Source: an uncultured Methylococcaceae bacterium
GTDB lineage: Bacteria > Pseudomonadota > Gammaproteobacteria > Methylococcales > Methylomonadaceae
Reading direction: 5' to 3'
DNA length: 64,000 bases
Assembly (NCBI GenBank): GCA_903944165.1
Contig: CAJAQT010000125.1
Span: 287-64,286, forward strand
Shown: positions 20,348 through 30,690 of the stretch, in pieces
How the letters are laid out: every line of letters starts with the position of its first letter
How positions within the stretch are numbered: the stretch's first letter is position 1
Notes under the pieces: model-generated
What the model was told of the DNA's origin: nothing
Database searches by the model: none
Seen by the model: only the letters and a program-made list of their open reading frames with translations
Translations under genes and position numbers: made by a program

Positions 20348-22161
20348 GCTTAACGGGACAATTATTAGTCAATGAAAAACTGGCCAAATACACCAGTTGG
20401 CGTATAGGTGGGCCAGCAGATTGCCTGTACTTGCCTGAAAATAAAGTCGACCTCATTGCCTTTATCCAACATCTACCCCACGATGAACCGCTGTTTTGGT
20501 TAGGGCTTGGCAGTAATGTACTTATCAGAGACGGTGGACTACGCGGTACTGTTATCAACACTAAAAATCGTCTAAGAACACTTCGCTTAACCGACGACGG
20601 CAAAGTCTTTGCGGAAGCAGGCGTTCCGTGTGCGCATATCGCCAAGTTTTGCAGCGAACACGGCTTAATCGGTGCAGAATTTTTCGCAGGCATACCTGGC
20701 ACCTTAGGCGGAGCCCTCAAAATGAATGCCGGTGCTTTTGGCTGCGAAACCTGGCAAATTGTTGAGAACGTTGAAACAATTAATCGCAGTGGCGACGTTT
20801 CAATAAGAATGCCCGAAGAATTTACCATCAACTATCGCTCGGTCAATACGCTGCACAACGAATGGTTTTTGTCGGCACAATTAAGCCTTACTCTTGGTGA
20901 TAGCCTAGCAAGTCAACAAAAAATCAAGCAATTATTGGAACAACGTAGCAAAACGCAACCGACCAATCAACCCAGTTGTGGCTCGGTATTTAAAAATCCA
21001 GAGGGTGATTTTGCCGCACGCTTGATCGAACAATCAGGGTTAAAAGGTTATTGCCTTGGTGGCGCGTGCGTATCACCTAAACACGCTAATTTTATTATCA
21101 ACATGGGCAGTGCTACCGCTCAGGATATTGAAGATTTAATCACTTATATACAAACCACCGTGCAACAACAGCATGGCATTAGTTTACACACCGAGGTCTA
21201 TATGGTTGGCGATAGCGTCCCCCAAGCACACCCAACAACAACATCAATCAGCACCTCAGAGTTTGGGCGTGTTGCTGTTGTCATGGGCGGCAGCGCAGCA
21301 GAACGCGAAATTTCTCTACGTAGCGGTCAAGCTGTGTACCAAGCCTTAAAAGAGCAAGGCATACAAGTCGAAGCAATTGATTTACACGACCAGCCAATTG
21401 AAACCTTACGCTCCCTTAAGGCAGATAGAGTATTTAATATTATTCATGGTCGTGGCGGTGAAGATGGTGTCTTACAAAGTATTTTAGAGGTGATGAAACT
21501 ACCTTACACCGGCAGTGGCGTGCTCGCGTCCGCTTTAACCATGGATAAACTAAAAACTAAGCTATGCTGGCAAGGCGCGGGCTTACCCACCCCAAAATGG
21601 TTTCTACTCAAAACAACGGATGATTTGCATCAATGTGCAGAGAGCTTAGGCTTTCCTGTCATTGTTAAACCTGCCCAAGAAGGTTCCAGCATCGGCATGA
21701 GCAAAGCCAATACCGCAGATGAATTAGCGCAGGCTTTTATTCTTGCCAAGCAGTTTAATTGTGATGTGTATGCCGAACAATGGGTGTATGGTAAAGAATA
21801 CACGGTTGCGTTATTACAAGAGGAAGCACTCCCTGTTATTCGCTTAGAAACTCCTCGTGCGTTTTATGACTACGAAGCAAAATATCAAGCCACCACGACC
21901 CAATACCATTGTCCAAGTGGTTTAGACGAACACACCGAAAGCGCCCTTAAGGCTTTGGCAAAAACAGCGGCAGAGGTCGTAGGCGTAAAGGGCTGGGGGC
22001 GCGTTGATGTCTTTATTGACGACCATCAGCAGTATCAATTAATTGAAATTAATACGGTGCCCGGCATGACTGATCATAGCTTAGTGCCCATGGCGGCCGC
22101 ACAAGCAGGTATCGATTTTGCGTCCTTAGTCAGGAGAATATTAGCCACCAGTATGACCTAA
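20344..22161 (+). CDS. murB-ddl: Fused MurB (UDP-GlcNAc-enolpyruvate reductase) and Ddl (D-Ala-D-Ala ligase)
   Basis: N half: [45 protein letters not shown] half: [35 protein letters not shown]. One uninterrupted frame; ATG at 20344 overlaps the murC stop. Confidence 0.92.
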   Translation: MSLTGQLLVNEKLAKYTSWRIGGPADCLYLPENKVDLIAFIQHLPHDEPLFWLGLGSNVLIRDGGLRGTVINTKNRLRTLRLTDDGKVFAEAGVPCAHIAKFCSEHGLIGAEFFAGIPGTLGGALKMNAGAFGCETWQIVENVETINRSGDVSIRMPEEFTINYRSVNTLHNEWFLSAQLSLTLGDSLASQQKIKQLLEQRSKTQPTNQPSCGSVFKNPEGDFAARLIEQSGLKGYCLGGACVSPKHANFIINMGSATAQDIEDLITYIQTTVQQQHGISLHTEVYMVGDSVPQAHPTTTSISTSEFGRVAVVMGGSAAEREISLRSGQAVYQALKEQGIQVEAIDLHDQPIETLRSLKADRVFNIIHGRGGEDGVLQSILEVMKLPYTGSGVLASALTMDKLKTKLCWQGAGLPTPKWFLLKTTDDLHQCAESLGFPVIVKPAQEGSSIGMSKANTADELAQAFILAKQFNCDVYAEQWVYGKEYTVALLQEEALPVIRLETPRAFYDYEAKYQATTTQYHCPSGLDEHTESALKALAKTAAEVVGVKGWGRVDVFIDDHQQYQLIEINTVPGMTDHSLVPMAAAQAGIDFASLVRRILATSMT

Positions 22162-22937
22162 TGAACAGCGTAGGTCTTAAAATCCTGATTATTGGCATGC
22201 TCGCACTCACCGGGCTAATTGGCTTATTTGCTTATAAAAATGAAAAACTGAAGTTCAATTTAAAAATCGCATCATTACCAATTAAATATGTTCGCACCGA
22301 AGGCGTTTTTCAATTTTTAACAAAAGATGAAATTAAAACTGCCTTGCAACCCTTGGTAACCACTGGTTTTTTTGAAGCCGATATGCAAGCTATTCACGAA
22401 ACAGTTGCCCATTTACCGTGGGTAGAAACCGTCTCGGTAAAGCGTGTTTGGCCAGATACCATTGATATCAAAGTACGTGAAAGAAAAGCCTTTGTCCGCT
22501 GGGGCGAGCAACAATTAATGACGGAACAAGGCACGATTTTTACACCCAGCTCCATCCAAAAGCATGAACACTTACTGTTACTGGTTGGGCCAGAAGAACA
22601 ACATGCCAAAGTATTGGAAATCATGAAAGGTATAAAAACCACCTTGGCAGATCAAAATTTTGAATTAAAGAAATTCACGATAAACGATCGCTGGGCATGG
22701 ACGGTCAAATTAACCACAGAATTAACTATCCTTTTAGGGAGAGAAAATCAATTAGAAAAATTACAACGATTTTTAAAAACCTTACCGCTGCTCCCCACAG
22801 AACAACTAGATTCTATGGTCGTAGTAGATTTACGGTACCCCAATGGCTATGCCGTTTCATGGTTAACTGATAACCCTGAAATTGACTGGAAAAAAATTGC
22901 AAACGGTGAAAATAACACTCATGAATACTCACATTAA
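22161..22937 (+). CDS. ftsQ: Cell division protein FtsQ
   Basis: TM plus POTRA domain (LPWVETVSVKRVWP), VDLRYPNGYAV. Confidence 0.93.
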   Translation: MNSVGLKILIIGMLALTGLIGLFAYKNEKLKFNLKIASLPIKYVRTEGVFQFLTKDEIKTALQPLVTTGFFEADMQAIHETVAHLPWVETVSVKRVWPDTIDIKVRERKAFVRWGEQQLMTEQGTIFTPSSIQKHEHLLLLVGPEEQHAKVLEIMKGIKTTLADQNFELKKFTINDRWAWTVKLTTELTILLGRENQLEKLQRFLKTLPLLPTEQLDSMVVVDLRYPNGYAVSWLTDNPEIDWKKIANGENNTHEYSH

Positions 22938-22954
22938 ACGAACGAGTTAATAAA

Positions 22955-24184
22955 ATGGCTAGAAATAGAACAGAACGTAATTTGATTGTCGGCTTAGACA
23001 TTGGCACGTCAAAAGTTGCCGCAATTGTTGGTGAAATCAATAATGAAGGCAATATTGAAGTCATTGGGATAGGCAACTCATTATCACGAGGCTTAAAAAA
23101 AGGTGTGGTAGTCAATCTCGAATCAACCGTCATGTCTATTCAACGCGCCATTGAAGAAGCTGAACTGATGGCGGGCTGTCAAATTAAATCTGTCTTTGCT
23201 GGCATTGCGGGCAGTCACATCCGCAGCTTAAATTCCCATGGTGTGGTGGCGATAAAAGATCGCGAAGTCACTCAATACGATATTGATCGCGTCATTGATT
23301 CAGCACGCGCAGTGGCTATTTCTGCTGATCAAAAGATTCTTCATATTCTTCCACAAGAGTTTGTGATAGATCAGCAAGATAGCATTAAAGAGCCCATTGG
23401 TATGTCTGGCACTCGCTTAGAGGCTAAAGTTCACATGGTTACGGGCAGTGTGAGTGCGTCCCAAAACATCATTAAATGTATTCGTCGCTGTGGCTTAGAA
23501 GTTGAAGACTTAGTATTGGAACAATTAGCTTCATGTTATTCCGTGCTTACCGAAGATGAAAAAGAATTAGGCGTGTGTTTAATCGATATTGGTGGCGGTA
23601 CCACTGACATTGCAATCTTTGTTGAAGGCGCGATCAAACACACTGCGGTAATCCCCATTGCTGGCGACCAAGTCACCAATGATATTGCCGTTGCCTTACG
23701 CACGCCCACCATTAATGCTGAAGAAATTAAGCGTAAATATGCGTGTGCCTTAACGCAATTGGCAGATATTAACGGAATTATTGATGTGCCCAGTATTGGT
23801 GATCGTTCGCCACGACAAATTACTGCACAAAATTTAGCGGAAATTATTGAGCCACGTTATGAAGAGCTTATGCTCTTAGTGCAAGCAGAAATTAGACGTA
23901 GCGGCAATGAAGACATGATTGCTGCGGGCATTGTCTTAACGGGGGGCAGTTCAAAAGTCATGGGTTTGATTGAATTAGCAGAAGAAATCTTCCACATGCC
24001 CGTGCGCATGGGTGGGCCAGAAAATGTAACGGGGTTAACAGAGGTTATAAAAAACCCTATGCACTCAACGGGGGTAGGGTTATTAATGTATGGGAAAGAT
24101 CATCAAGGATTGACCAGAAGCATCGATGCGGAGGACGAGCATTGGATGGTGAAAATAAAAAGTTGGTTTCAAGGTAATTTTTAA
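22955..24184 (+). CDS. ftsA: Cell division protein FtsA
   Basis: GLDIGTSK, DIGGGTT, LTGGSS, C-terminal amphipathic WFQGNF. Confidence 0.98.
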   Translation: MARNRTERNLIVGLDIGTSKVAAIVGEINNEGNIEVIGIGNSLSRGLKKGVVVNLESTVMSIQRAIEEAELMAGCQIKSVFAGIAGSHIRSLNSHGVVAIKDREVTQYDIDRVIDSARAVAISADQKILHILPQEFVIDQQDSIKEPIGMSGTRLEAKVHMVTGSVSASQNIIKCIRRCGLEVEDLVLEQLASCYSVLTEDEKELGVCLIDIGGGTTDIAIFVEGAIKHTAVIPIAGDQVTNDIAVALRTPTINAEEIKRKYACALTQLADINGIIDVPSIGDRSPRQITAQNLAEIIEPRYEELMLLVQAEIRRSGNEDMIAAGIVLTGGSSKVMGLIELAEEIFHMPVRMGGPENVTGLTEVIKNPMHSTGVGLLMYGKDHQGLTRSIDAEDEHWMVKIKSWFQGNF

Positions 24185-24245
24185 CGAATAACGTGCGTCT
24201 TAGGCAAATTTATCAGTTTCTTTATTATAAAATTGGAGTAGTGTG

Positions 24246-25403
24246 ATGAAATATGAATTAGTAGATATGTATAGTGAAACAGCTGTCATCAAAGTTATTG
24301 GCGTGGGGGGCGGTGGCGGTAATGCCGTTAATCATATGGTTGGCAATCACATTGATGGCGTAGAATTTATTTGTGCCAATACCGATGCGCAAGCCTTAAG
24401 AAAATTAAACGTTAATACTATCATTCAGCTGGGCGTTGAATTAACAAAAGGCCTAGGTGCAGGCACCAATCCAGAAATTGGCAAGCACGCCGCACAAGAA
24501 AACAAAGAGCGCATCAAAGAAGTGTTAAATGGTGCAGACATGGTCTTTTTAACAGCAGGCATGGGCGGTGGTACTGGCACGGGTGCCATTCCAGTCATCG
24601 CCGAAATTGCCCGTGAAATGGGCATATTAACTGTCGCGGTTGTCACTAAACCCTTCTTATTTGAAGGTAAAAAGAAACAAGCCGTCGCTGAGCAGGGCAT
24701 TATCGAGCTGGAAAAATATGTTGATTCATTAATCACCATTCCCAATCAAAAATTATTACCCGTGTTGGGCAACGATGTCTCATTAATGAATGCCTTTAAA
24801 GCCGCCAATGATGTCTTACTCGACGCAGTGCAAGGCATTACCGAATTAATTGTTCACCCCGGCATGATCAATGTTGATTTTGCTGATGTGAGAACTGTTA
24901 TGTCTGGCATGGGCGCGGCTATTATGGGTTCAGGCGCGGCTTCTGGTGAGAATCGCGCTCGCGTTGCTGCAGAAAAAGCGATTGCCTGCCCCTTGCTTGA
25001 AGACATTAATTTACAAGGTGCGCGCGGTATTTTAGTCAATATCTCCGCGGCCGATATGGGTATTGCAGAATTTAACGAAGTGGGTAACATCGTTCATGAA
25101 TTTGCCTCAGAAGATGCCATCATTAAAATTGGTACCGCAATTGATCCGTCCTTAGGCGATGAAATTAAAGTGACTGTCGTGGCAACAGGCATGGGTTTAC
25201 CTCCAGTAGCCGCCAAAGCCCCTATAAAATTAATGCACAAACCAACAAAAGTCGTCAATTATGATGACCTTGAAAAACCAACCATCATGCGTCAAGGTGT
25301 AAAACCAGAAACTAAAGAAGTACGTTTCGGTGCGCAACCTAAAAAAGAGGCGGATATGGATTACTTAGATATTCCTGCCTTTTTAAGACGTCAAGCCGAT
25401 TAA
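24246..25403 (+). CDS. ftsZ: Cell division protein FtsZ
   Basis: GGGTGTG tubulin signature, NVDFADV, C-terminal LDIPAFLRRQAD. Confidence 0.98.
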   Translation: MKYELVDMYSETAVIKVIGVGGGGGNAVNHMVGNHIDGVEFICANTDAQALRKLNVNTIIQLGVELTKGLGAGTNPEIGKHAAQENKERIKEVLNGADMVFLTAGMGGGTGTGAIPVIAEIAREMGILTVAVVTKPFLFEGKKKQAVAEQGIIELEKYVDSLITIPNQKLLPVLGNDVSLMNAFKAANDVLLDAVQGITELIVHPGMINVDFADVRTVMSGMGAAIMGSGAASGENRARVAAEKAIACPLLEDINLQGARGILVNISAADMGIAEFNEVGNIVHEFASEDAIIKIGTAIDPSLGDEIKVTVVATGMGLPPVAAKAPIKLMHKPTKVVNYDDLEKPTIMRQGVKPETKEVRFGAQPKKEADMDYLDIPAFLRRQAD

Positions 25404-25425
25404 TAATCATACACAGTATAGATGC

Positions 25426-25447
25426 GCGCGAGCATTCAAGCTCGCGC
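25426..25447 (+). other. GC-rich stem-loop after ftsZ (GCGCGAGC-ATTCAA-GCTCGCGC)
   Basis: Perfect 8-bp stem 22 bp after the ftsZ stop. No immediate U-tract, so it may be a stabiliser or weak terminator. Confidence 0.5.
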
Positions 25448-25639
25448 TGCTCTGCATTCCTGACTTTTCCTGAACAAGCCATAGAAATTTACATCGACAC
25501 GACAAATCGCTGAACAAAGCTTTTAAATACGCGTGTATTTCCTTACAATAGTTTTTTCGAATTTCCTACTTTTTCTCAACCCAAGTAAACACTTCATCAC
25601 AGGTGTTCATTTACATTGAGTAAATCTATTTTGAGTGCT

Positions 25640-28600
25640 ATGAAAAAAAACAATCTCACCCTCGGCATCCCTAATTTCTCTTATTCTGATTTATACGATG
25701 CACATCGCTTACATGATTTACTTCATGTTTTCGATACTTTTGTGCAGCAACATGACCCCCTATTGTTTAACAAATTTACTACCCTTCGCAACGCATCTGA
25801 CACCGACTTTGAGCCTAAAGAGAAGTCAGAAATACTCGTTGCAATGGCACCGTATGTAGGTCAGTTTGTCGCCACGCTATTTAATATAACTGAGGTTCGT
25901 AACGCCCAACAAACCGCCATAAAAAACGAAATTGACAGCATTTATACCTATAAAAATGACGTTGTCGAAAAATTATCAGTGCGCTTTAAAGGACAAGAGA
26001 CTAGCTCATGGGATCAACACGCGCTTACCGCAGACCTTGAAGCCATCATCATCAACGCATATCCAGAAGTTGCGCAGAACCCTGATGCCGAATACCGCAC
26101 TGCTTATGTTGGCGCAAATGTTAGTCGTTTTGCACAGTATTTTCAGCAACTAGCAAAAGGCAAAACCTGCGCAAATGCCTTGCTTGAAAAAGAAGCCCTG
26201 AAGGTGCGCACATGCTTACAAGCCGCTAAGGAGCTAAGTCCCACGCTGACCGCAATGACTCAATTAACAAATCTCTCAGAGTTTGCCATACAGCTAATGG
26301 ATGTCATTGCACGCTGGAGCGTCCTTGCCTTACACGATGACAATTATTGCCACTGGCTTAGTTTTAAATTCCCCCAAAAACGTGATTTTGAACAGTTAGT
26401 TAAACATGACACCATCGAGCGCGCTGGACACTCTGTATGGATGGGGTCACATAGAAGACACCGTGATGGTTTTAGCTTAACGGATACGCGCTATAACCAG
26501 CGTGAAGTGCTCTCTGAGGTTAATCACTGTATTTATTGCCACGAGCGCGACACAGATTCTTGCTCAAAAGGCATGCGTAATAAAAAAACCAATCTTTTTA
26601 AGCAAGATCCATTAGGCGAAACCACCATTGGCTGTCCGCTTGATGAAAAAATCTCTGAAATGCACCTTGTTAAAAGAGGTGGCGATAATATTGGCGCACT
26701 CGCTATCATTATTATCGACAACCCAATGTGCCCAGGCACTGGACATCGTATCTGCAACGAGTGCATGAAAGGCTGTATTTATCAAAAAACAGACCCTGTA
26801 AATATTCCACAAATTGAAACTAACGTCTTAACTGATGTACTGTTTATGCCTTATGGCTTTGAAATTTATAGTTTTTTAACGCGCTGGAATCCATTGAATG
26901 TAAACCGTCCACATATGCTGCCTTATAACGGCAAAAATGTATTAGTGGTCGGCTTAGGTCCTGCTGGCTATACAATGAGCCATTATCTTCTTAACGAAGG
27001 CTTTGCTGTTGTGGGCATTGACGGCTTAAAAATAGAGCCCTTACCTGAAGAATTAACGGGCAGCGATGCTCAATTACCCGAACCTATTGAAGATTTTAAT
27101 AGCCTTTACGAAGATTTAGATAAACGTATCCTCGCAGGCTTTGGGGGCGTTGCTGAATATGGCATTACTGTCCGCTGGGACAAAAACTTTCTAAAAGTTA
27201 TTTATTTAACCTTACAACGACGCGCCGCTTTTAGAAGCTATGGCGGCATCCGTTTTGGCGGCACACTTACCATCGACGATGCCTGGAACCTAGGTTTTCA
27301 CCATATTTGTATTGCCACAGGCGCGGGCAAACCAACCATTATTGATATTAAAAACAATTTAATCCGTGGCATTCGTAAAGCCTCTGATTTCTTAATGGGC
27401 TTGCAATTAACGGGCGCAGCTAAAGCCTCTTCATTAGCTAACTTGCAAGTTCGTTTGCCTGCGGGCGTAATTGGCGGAGGCTTAACTGCCATTGATACCG
27501 CCACCGAGTTAATGGCTTACTATCCCGTACAAGTTGAAAAAATAGTGCATCGTTATGAAACCTTAGTCCATTCACTGGGCGAAGCTCACATCAGAAACCT
27601 TTACGATAAAGAAGAACAGGGCATCTTAGATGAGTTCTTAAGTCATGGTCAGCTAATTCGAGCAGAACGTGAACGTGCGAACAGTGCAGGCGAGACACCT
27701 GATTTTCAAACATTAATTAATCGCTGGGGCGGCGTAACCTTGTATTACCGAAAAGGCATTAATGATGCACCTGCATACCGTCAAAACCATGAAGAAATAG
27801 AAAAAGCCTTAGAAGAGGGCATTGCGCTTGCAGAAGGCATGTCACCAACTTCTGCATGGCAAGATGAATATGGCCATTTAAACGCCGTGGAATTTGATAA
27901 ATTAGAACTAGAAAATGGGCGTTGGGTGTCAACACATCAAACACTTAATATCCCTTTGCGCAGCTTATACATTGCCGCAGGCACCTCGCCAAATACCATT
28001 TACGAAAATGAATATCCAGATTCTTTTGTGATGGATAAACAGTTCTACCAACGCTATGAACCTAACTGGCACGTGGATGGCATTGAATTAATCGCGATGA
28101 GTGACGAGACCAAACCCAAACTAGGCAAACCCGCGCCACTTACCTCATATCACAAAGACGGAAAATACATCAGCTTCTTTGGCGACAATCATCCAGTTTA
28201 TGCCGGCAACGTAGTAAAAGCGATGGCCAGTGCTAAACATGGCTATCCTTATGTGGTCAAATTATTTGAACATGAATTAACCAAACTTAATCAGCATGAT
28301 CAAGCCGAGCGCAACGAACACAGGAAACAGCTTTTTGCTACCTTAGATGATAAATTTACCGCGACCATTGTTGCCATTAACCGCTTAACACCTACTATTA
28401 TCGAAGTGATAGTGAGAGCGCCATTAGCCGCAGAAAAATTTCATCCAGGGCAATTTTATCGCGTTCAAAACTTTGAACGCTACGCACCCACCGTCCACGA
28501 CACAGTGCTAGCCTGTGAAGGCTTAGCCTTAACTGGCGCCGAAGTAGACAAAGAAAAAGGCACTATCTCCTTAATCGCATTAGAAATGGGCTCGTCCTCT

Positions 28601-29323
28601 AAATTATGTGCGACCTGGAATATCGGCGATCCTTTGGTCATTATGGGCGTAACAGGCACACCCACTGAAATTCCAAGCAATCAAACCATCTTACTTATTG
28701 GTGGGGGCTTAGGAAATGCTGTGTTATTTTCAATTGGTAAAGCGCTGCGTGCTGCGGGTAATAAAGTCATTTATTTTGCTGGCTACAAATTTACTCGCGA
28801 TGTGTTTAAAACCGAGGATATCGAAGCTGCGGCTGATTTAATCATTTGGACAGTAGACAACACATCCCCTGATGTACACGCACTTCCAATCACTCGACCT
28901 CAAGATAAATCCTTTGTAGGAAATATTCTTGAATGTATGTTGGCGTATGCAGAAGGCAATCTAGGCGAACAAGCAATAGCCCTTGCTGATGTTGATCACT
29001 TAATTGTTATCGGCTCAGACCGAATGATGGCTGCGGTTAAAGAAGCGCGCTTCAATAGTCTTAAACCATACTTAGCCAAAGTCAGTCATGCTATTGGCTC
29101 TATTAACTCCCCCATGCAATGTATGATGAAGGGGATTTGTGCTCAATGTCTGTGCAAACATATTGATAAAGAAACGGGCAAAGAATTTTTTGTGTACTCG
29201 TGCTATAACCAAGATCAAGATCTTGATAGCGTAGATTTTGTACACTTAAACGCTCGTCTAAAACAAAATAGTGTTCAAGAAAAGATGTCTAATCAATGGC
29301 TTGAGTTTATTACACACCAATAA
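25640..29323 (+). CDS. Large FAD/Fe-S oxidoreductase: GltD/NfnB-like domain fused to a C-terminal PyrK/NfnA (FNR-like, 2Fe-2S) domain
   Basis: CIYCH..DSCSKG, GCPL, CPGTGHRICNECMKGC (Fe-S); VVGLGPAG (FAD); VIGGGLTAID (NAD(P)); PGQFYRVQ, GGGLGNA, GSDRMM, SPMQCMMKGICAQC (PyrK-type cluster). ATG at 25640 preferred over TTG at 25616. Confidence 0.85.
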   Translation: MKKNNLTLGIPNFSYSDLYDAHRLHDLLHVFDTFVQQHDPLLFNKFTTLRNASDTDFEPKEKSEILVAMAPYVGQFVATLFNITEVRNAQQTAIKNEIDSIYTYKNDVVEKLSVRFKGQETSSWDQHALTADLEAIIINAYPEVAQNPDAEYRTAYVGANVSRFAQYFQQLAKGKTCANALLEKEALKVRTCLQAAKELSPTLTAMTQLTNLSEFAIQLMDVIARWSVLALHDDNYCHWLSFKFPQKRDFEQLVKHDTIERAGHSVWMGSHRRHRDGFSLTDTRYNQREVLSEVNHCIYCHERDTDSCSKGMRNKKTNLFKQDPLGETTIGCPLDEKISEMHLVKRGGDNIGALAIIIIDNPMCPGTGHRICNECMKGCIYQKTDPVNIPQIETNVLTDVLFMPYGFEIYSFLTRWNPLNVNRPHMLPYNGKNVLVVGLGPAGYTMSHYLLNEGFAVVGIDGLKIEPLPEELTGSDAQLPEPIEDFNSLYEDLDKRILAGFGGVAEYGITVRWDKNFLKVIYLTLQRRAAFRSYGGIRFGGTLTIDDAWNLGFHHICIATGAGKPTIIDIKNNLIRGIRKASDFLMGLQLTGAAKASSLANLQVRLPAGVIGGGLTAIDTATELMAYYPVQVEKIVHRYETLVHSLGEAHIRNLYDKEEQGILDEFLSHGQLIRAERERANSAGETPDFQTLINRWGGVTLYYRKGINDAPAYRQNHEEIEKALEEGIALAEGMSPTSAWQDEYGHLNAVEFDKLELENGRWVSTHQTLNIPLRSLYIAAGTSPNTIYENEYPDSFVMDKQFYQRYEPNWHVDGIELIAMSDETKPKLGKPAPLTSYHKDGKYISFFGDNHPVYAGNVVKAMASAKHGYPYVVKLFEHELTKLNQHDQAERNEHRKQLFATLDDKFTATIVAINRLTPTIIEVIVRAPLAAEKFHPGQFYRVQNFERYAPTVHDTVLACEGLALTGAEVDKEKGTISLIALEMGSSSKLCATWNIGDPLVIMGVTGTPTEIPSNQTILLIGGGLGNAVLFSIGKALRAAGNKVIYFAGYKFTRDVFKTEDIEAAADLIIWTVDNTSPDVHALPITRPQDKSFVGNILECMLAYAEGNLGEQAIALADVDHLIVIGSDRMMAAVKEARFNSLKPYLAKVSHAIGSINSPMQCMMKGICAQCLCKHIDKETGKEFFVYSCYNQDQDLDSVDFVHLNARLKQNSVQEKMSNQWLEFITHQ

Positions 29324-29478
29324 GCTTAACCATTACGTGAACACATCATTTTTTTAGAGTAGCAAAGGATGCATTATCGGTCGTCAAGTGTAGGGCAGCT
29401 CTGCACTCGTCACCGATATTAAAAACACGGTAACTAGATCAGCCACTAAACCAATGATCCTACAGAGAGCCTTACTTT

Positions 29479-29787
29479 ATGAAACACAATGACTTAATAG
29501 TTTTATCAATGTTAATCAGCACACTGATGGGATTAAATGGGTGCGCCTCTGATCAAAGCATTGCCCCCCCGAGTAATCAAATCATTTCTGGCGACCAAAT
29601 GTTGCGCGACAGCCAAGCAATCGCTCAACTAAATAGTCAATGGAAAAAAGGCAAACAACTCATTGAGCAAGGCAATACTTTAGTCAGAGAAGGCCAAACA
29701 AAAATTGATGAAGGCAGTCGTTTAATTACTGAAGGTGAAAAAATTGTTCATGAAAGCGAAGAAAGTTACAAAAAAATAAAGCAATAA
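29479..29787 (+). CDS. Small lipoprotein with heptad repeats
   Basis: Lipobox LNG-C; repeated xEGxxL/I heptads. Confidence 0.75.
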   Translation: MKHNDLIVLSMLISTLMGLNGCASDQSIAPPSNQIISGDQMLRDSQAIAQLNSQWKKGKQLIEQGNTLVREGQTKIDEGSRLITEGEKIVHESEESYKKIKQ

Positions 29788-30280
29788 TGTCATCGTTTCA
29801 GCGCAACACAGCAGTAAGTTTGATTACCAAAACACCTTATAAAAAAAGCAACAAGCTGATAATAAAAGCTTAAGTGCAATTATCTATACAATAATTTGCC
29901 TTATATTTACCTGCACTCACTAGCTAAGGATGAACTAAATAAACAAAAAAAATTAAAATTAATTCACTATCGTAAAAAAGTAACAAAAGAGATTTAAACT
30001 AACTGAAAACTAGCATTGATGAAATGTCTTTTTATCAAGGTTAATTCATGAGTCACTACCTTTTTAAGTCACCCCATCCTTTAATCAACCTATGTAACGA
30101 CCAACTATAATAATGAAAAAGTCTTATTTATAAATCTACGCTATACTTAAACACTATTAAGTACTGCAAAACCTCAAAAACTATAGTAAAAAATTATATA
30201 TAATTCCAAAAACTTTGAATGTTACAACTTTAACCTTTACAAGTTTTTATTTTGAACAATTGAACATAATGGAGAAAACA

Positions 30281-30643
30281 ATGGCAAGCATTCTTGCAGT
30301 TGACGATTCAGCATCAATGAGAAAAATGGTTACATTCACGTTGAAAAGTGCTGGATATGATGTAGAAGAAGCAGTAGATGGTGTTGATGCATTAGAAAAA
30401 GCACAATCTAAACAATTTGATTGCATCATCACAGATGTGAATATGCCAAATAAAGATGGCATAACACTAATAAAAGATTTACGTGCCATTGCTAACTATA
30501 AATTTACTCCAATGCTGACGCTCACCACAGAGTCGGGCATGGAAAAGAAAATGGAAGGTAAAGCGGCAGGAGCAACTGGATGGATTGTCAAACCATTCGA
30601 TCCTGATCAATTATTAAAAACCTTAAAAAAAGTTTTGGGCTAA
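30281..30643 (+). CDS. cheY: Chemotaxis response regulator CheY
   Basis: ILAVDDS, ITDVNMP, LTT, GWIVKPF; GGAG RBS at 30271 supports the start at 30281. Confidence 0.93.
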   Translation: MASILAVDDSASMRKMVTFTLKSAGYDVEEAVDGVDALEKAQSKQFDCIITDVNMPNKDGITLIKDLRAIANYKFTPMLTLTTESGMEKKMEGKAAGATGWIVKPFDPDQLLKTLKKVLG

Positions 30644-30690
30644 GTAGTCATTTCTTTTTAATTTAAACATAAAGGCACACAGGTAAGTTT

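Noticed and set aside
25640-29323. Calling the large oxidoreductase glutamate synthase small subunit (gltD)
   Set aside because: It is over twice the usual length, has a PyrK-like C-terminal domain, and no gltB is adjacent.
29836-29862. GCTGATAA as a sigma28 -10 for the che cluster
   Set aside because: The -35 at correct spacing is CTTA, and it is more than 400 bp from cheY; too weak to call.
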